Source of the DNA: Marsupella aquatica
Taxonomy: Eukaryota; Plantae; Marchantiophyta
Assembly (NCBI GenBank): GCA_973895155.1
Contig: OZ316895.1
Span: 6,502,136-6,566,135 of the forward strand
Direction: 5' to 3'
DNA length: 64,000 nucleotides
Shown here: positions 60,601-64,000 of the stretch, piece after piece
How the letters are laid out: the number at the start of each line of letters is the position of its first letter
How positions within the stretch are numbered: the stretch's first letter is position 1
The notes under the pieces: model-generated
What the model was told of the DNA's origin: nothing
Databases searched by the model: none
Seen by the model: only the letters and a program-made list of their open reading frames with translations
Translations under genes and position numbers: made by a program

Positions 60601-63600
60601 GATCTCTGTTGCCGTAACACACTCTAACAGACACGTGGTTTGATGCAGATGGTAGATAGAATTACGTACTACTTCCAGAACAATGTGCCCATACGGTTTG
60701 GTGTGATTTTCCTTTCATCCCAAATCATGTACGGTATCGAGACGCGCGGTGGCGACTTTCCGTCAACCAAAGAAAGTGATCAAGAGGAGGATGTTTCTGA
60801 GTTGGTTGGATCTCCGTCCTCATCCAAATATAATTTTGCTGAATTTCATACGTTAGCTTGGTTTGAGAGCTGCCTACAATTTTTTCTTATTTTCTCCTAT
60901 CTTATGGTTCGTGAGAAGGGATCTCAAATATCTAATATCGTGGAACGGGGCTGTTGAGTGAGTAGGAAAATTTTGCTGTTGGTTTCATCGCTGAAACTGA
61001 TGCCTATGAAAATGGATTCGTTCCACTGCTGGACATTATGGCATAGCTGCACACTGTTCTTCAGAAAAGTGATTTTGTTTTCAGTGAACCAGTTCATCTT
61101 CACGAGCATCTTGGTTTACCGTACAAGATTTGTTTGCAGGTTATTCGTCTGGTGCTTTATTTGAAAGAAAACTTCGACATGACTGTTGCGGTTGGATTCT
61201 TGAACTTGGTGAGTGAATCTGATTCTAGCCTCACAACTACCTCCAGCAAATCTCCTCCCTATTTGCAAGGAAGTTGCACTGAATGAAATATAGTGATCCA
61301 CAACAGCTTCAAAGTCGTGCCAGATTACAATCCTTGCATGAGGGAGGTGTGCACTCTAAACATCACAAGGAACGAATCATTCAAACAAAATCTTCTTTGG
61401 ATCGCCAGACTAAGAAAACGAAATTTTGATGAAGGCTCTGCTTTAATCTTGCGATCTCGACAGATCGAACCAATCTTAGTCGGCAAGTATTCATCGTGTT
61501 GACACATGTTCGGATGGTATGGATTCAGGTAAATGAAGCTTGGGATGGGAGTGGAGAGCCTGAGAATGAGCCCATACCGGCCTCCTATTATGAAGATGTG
61601 TTCGTTGATATCTTGAGGTTTGTAGATGGGAAGGAAATGAGGATTTATTTATTTTCTCATTAATGAGTTAGCTAAGTATTTGTGAGACGGTATGTTACAA
61701 ATTGTCTTCAAGATCATCTCCATATCTCAACACACTGATTGCAGTCAGTGTAGCATTAAAGAACACTGGTTTGTGGTGGGTTTTCAGCTGTATGAAAACA
61801 CTTAGTTGCTCATTGGCCACATCTCCCTCGTTCATTGGTTGTCTTTGGATAGATCAAGGGGGAAATCAGGCCCTTCTGTATTGCATGAACTGAAGGAAGG
61901 AGAGGATTTCAGAAATGAGGTGTTTGAAAGTACCAAATTTGTGTCGAAGCTGGGGCTATCTCAGATGCATCCTTGCCTGCTGATGAATGGCCTCGTCTAT
62001 GGGCCAAGCCAGGTTCGAGCTCCATTGAACCAAATCATGTCACTATATGATGAACTTCTTCTGCAATGTTAGTCTCAGATGTGGTTTTGTGCAAATAGCA
62101 ACTCATAGATTCATGTGTTAATACAAACTCGCTTGCTATAAAGGCTGTTTTGTTTTCCAGTGTGTTTGAACAAGTTGTATTTGGTTAACACTTGGAAAGC
62201 CGACACTGGTATTACGTATCGCAAGACTGCCGCATTTCGTTGGCTTAGCCTTCTCCACGAAATTTTAGGGAGGCTGCATTCAGCAACGTTCCTTGTCTGA
62301 TGCTCCTTCTAGTGGAGGACTTTTGATGCCTCTGTCTTAGCCTGCCTGTATCTCCTTGTCCCGTGCTTGCGTTAGGGACCTGTGAAGTGTAACATCAATT
62401 CGCTCATTCTCTCATTCGTGAAACAGAAGTCCCGAGGATCTTTCTGTTACGTTCTGGTGCTAAGACATCTCGTTCTTTGAGAAGGATTGTGTCACCTTAT
62501 TTCCCGAATGACTTCCGCACAACTACAGGTACAGAATGCTGCAATTACCGCCATGAACGAGGAGCAGACACGCCTTCAAGAGGGAGTTTATTATGGCCGT
62601 ATCAGTGCCAGAACAGATATATTGGACCACTTTTTGTCTGATGGCGGTCAGCCTCGTTATAACCCCCAAGTAAGATTGTCTACGCTTGATTTTTCCCTTA
62701 AAAGGTATTGCAGGTTTTTTTTCCTTTCTCTATGGTGGGACTTATGAGAGCTTTATTGATCACCTCTCGAGCAGATAGTAGGTACCAAAAAGGAAGAGCG
62801 CAAGTTCGTCACTCTTTCACGTGCAGTTGCTGAGAAGGGGGAAGTGCTGACTCGTCTCCAGTACCTCCATCACCCTGGATGTAATTCTCTTTAATATTGA
62901 TTATGGGTGGCCATTTGACTTCTTTAATTTGGGCTTTACGTGCTTCAGTATCAACAATGAAAGTTGCGCTGTCTCTCATCGTTACAACCTAATGTGTCCT
63001 ATCACTTGCTCGTTTTGTACACCATGAAAATTTGCACTTTAAAGAAATTTTGAAACCCTGATGGGTAACTGATGTTGCAATGGATAATTGCATCACAGCT
63101 GAAGATGAGGTGAAACCCATCACCCACTGGCTCTGTGTGGATCTCTCCAAGGAGAATGGGGTTCGTTTGCTCCAGCAGGCAGTCAATTATCTTGTAAGCT
63201 TCCTCGCAAAGTGGAATTTTTGATGGGTGCTCGTCACTCGAAATGTTGGTCAAACGCTCTTAAAGGTCGTTCACAAGTCCTGGACATTTTTGACGTCTAC
63301 CTTTCCCTCTGTTCTAGGGGATGATGGTTATTCACTGGACGCCAGTGCGTATGTGGACGCATAAGAAACCAATCACTCTCAGATATGAAGTATAATAAAC
63401 GCTGAGGTCCCGTCGTAGCAATCTCCAGCGACGGAAGACTCTTGTGATCATTTAGACCTTGATTCTTCTAAGCGATTTATATCTTAAAGAACTAAGAATG
63501 GTCTTTCTTACTGTGATTGTAGCGCGGGTGGCACGGCTCAAAAGGCCTTGATTGCTACATGTAGTTCGTACACTTTGAAACTTTCCGTCTTACTTGGTCT

Positions 63601-64000
63601 TATGAACCTGCAGATGGAAGCCTCCGAGATAGGACGAATTGGAGTCCTACATAACATGAAGGAACCTGGAACTGCAGCCTCTCCAAAATATTCAGTGCTC
63701 GTCCGACTCGTCCTCGCAGCTGCAAACAGCCCAAGGTTAATGTCCAATCGATGTATCCAGGCTCAACCATTCAGAAACGGATGAACTGGGTGTTTACGGG
63801 ATTTGACTTACAATGTTATGTGCCTGTGGAGTAAAATGACGATGACAACTTCTGTACTATTCTAGGTCCTTTGATGCAAAAAACATTGACTTGCGTCTTC
63901 ATTGGACGAAATTAGACAAGGTCATGCTCTTAATACAATGCTGGATTAGGAAATATAACAAACTAAATATGTCTATATATACTGACTTGAAGGACAGTCG
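54618..64000 (+). CDS. UGGT: UDP-glucose:glycoprotein glucosyltransferase, 5' part (continues beyond the window)
   Basis: Exon 1 (54618-54787) has a signal peptide and [20 protein letters not shown]. Exon 2 (56022-56465) has ELLSKE and [17 protein letters not shown]. Later exons read [84 protein letters not shown] and KPITHWL. GT-AG introns throughout. Confidence 0.95.

Overview
Eukaryotic, intron-rich land-plant DNA, probably from a non-seed plant such as a liverwort. That assignment is an inference from the betaine-lipid synthase BTA1, which seed plants have lost, together with a plant-type KAPP and tRNA-Ile. Supported genes: BTA1 (+, 17 exons), an intronless secreted microbial-type GH16 beta-1,3-glucanase (+), tRNA-Ile(AAT) (+), a MAGL-family alpha/beta-hydrolase (-), a membrane-anchored MycE/ElmM-like SAM methyltransferase (-), a KAPP-type FHA-PP2C (-) and the 5' part of UGGT (+, runs off the window). 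Intergenic space holds decayed elements and many local duplications: a Sola1-like transposase, a LINE tail, a MITE inside a G-rich minisatellite and an RPA70-like OB-fold block. The most notable observations are (i) a decayed tandem miniature LTR element whose LTR contains a whole tRNA-like cassette, about 200 bp from the real tRNA gene, (ii) the probably horizontally acquired GH16, (iii) the type-II-membrane sugar O-methyltransferase candidate, and (iv) the compact RPA-like ORF block with a hairpin. Exon boundaries were read by eye from GT/AG sites and frame continuity. Family calls are from motif recognition; no database search was run.
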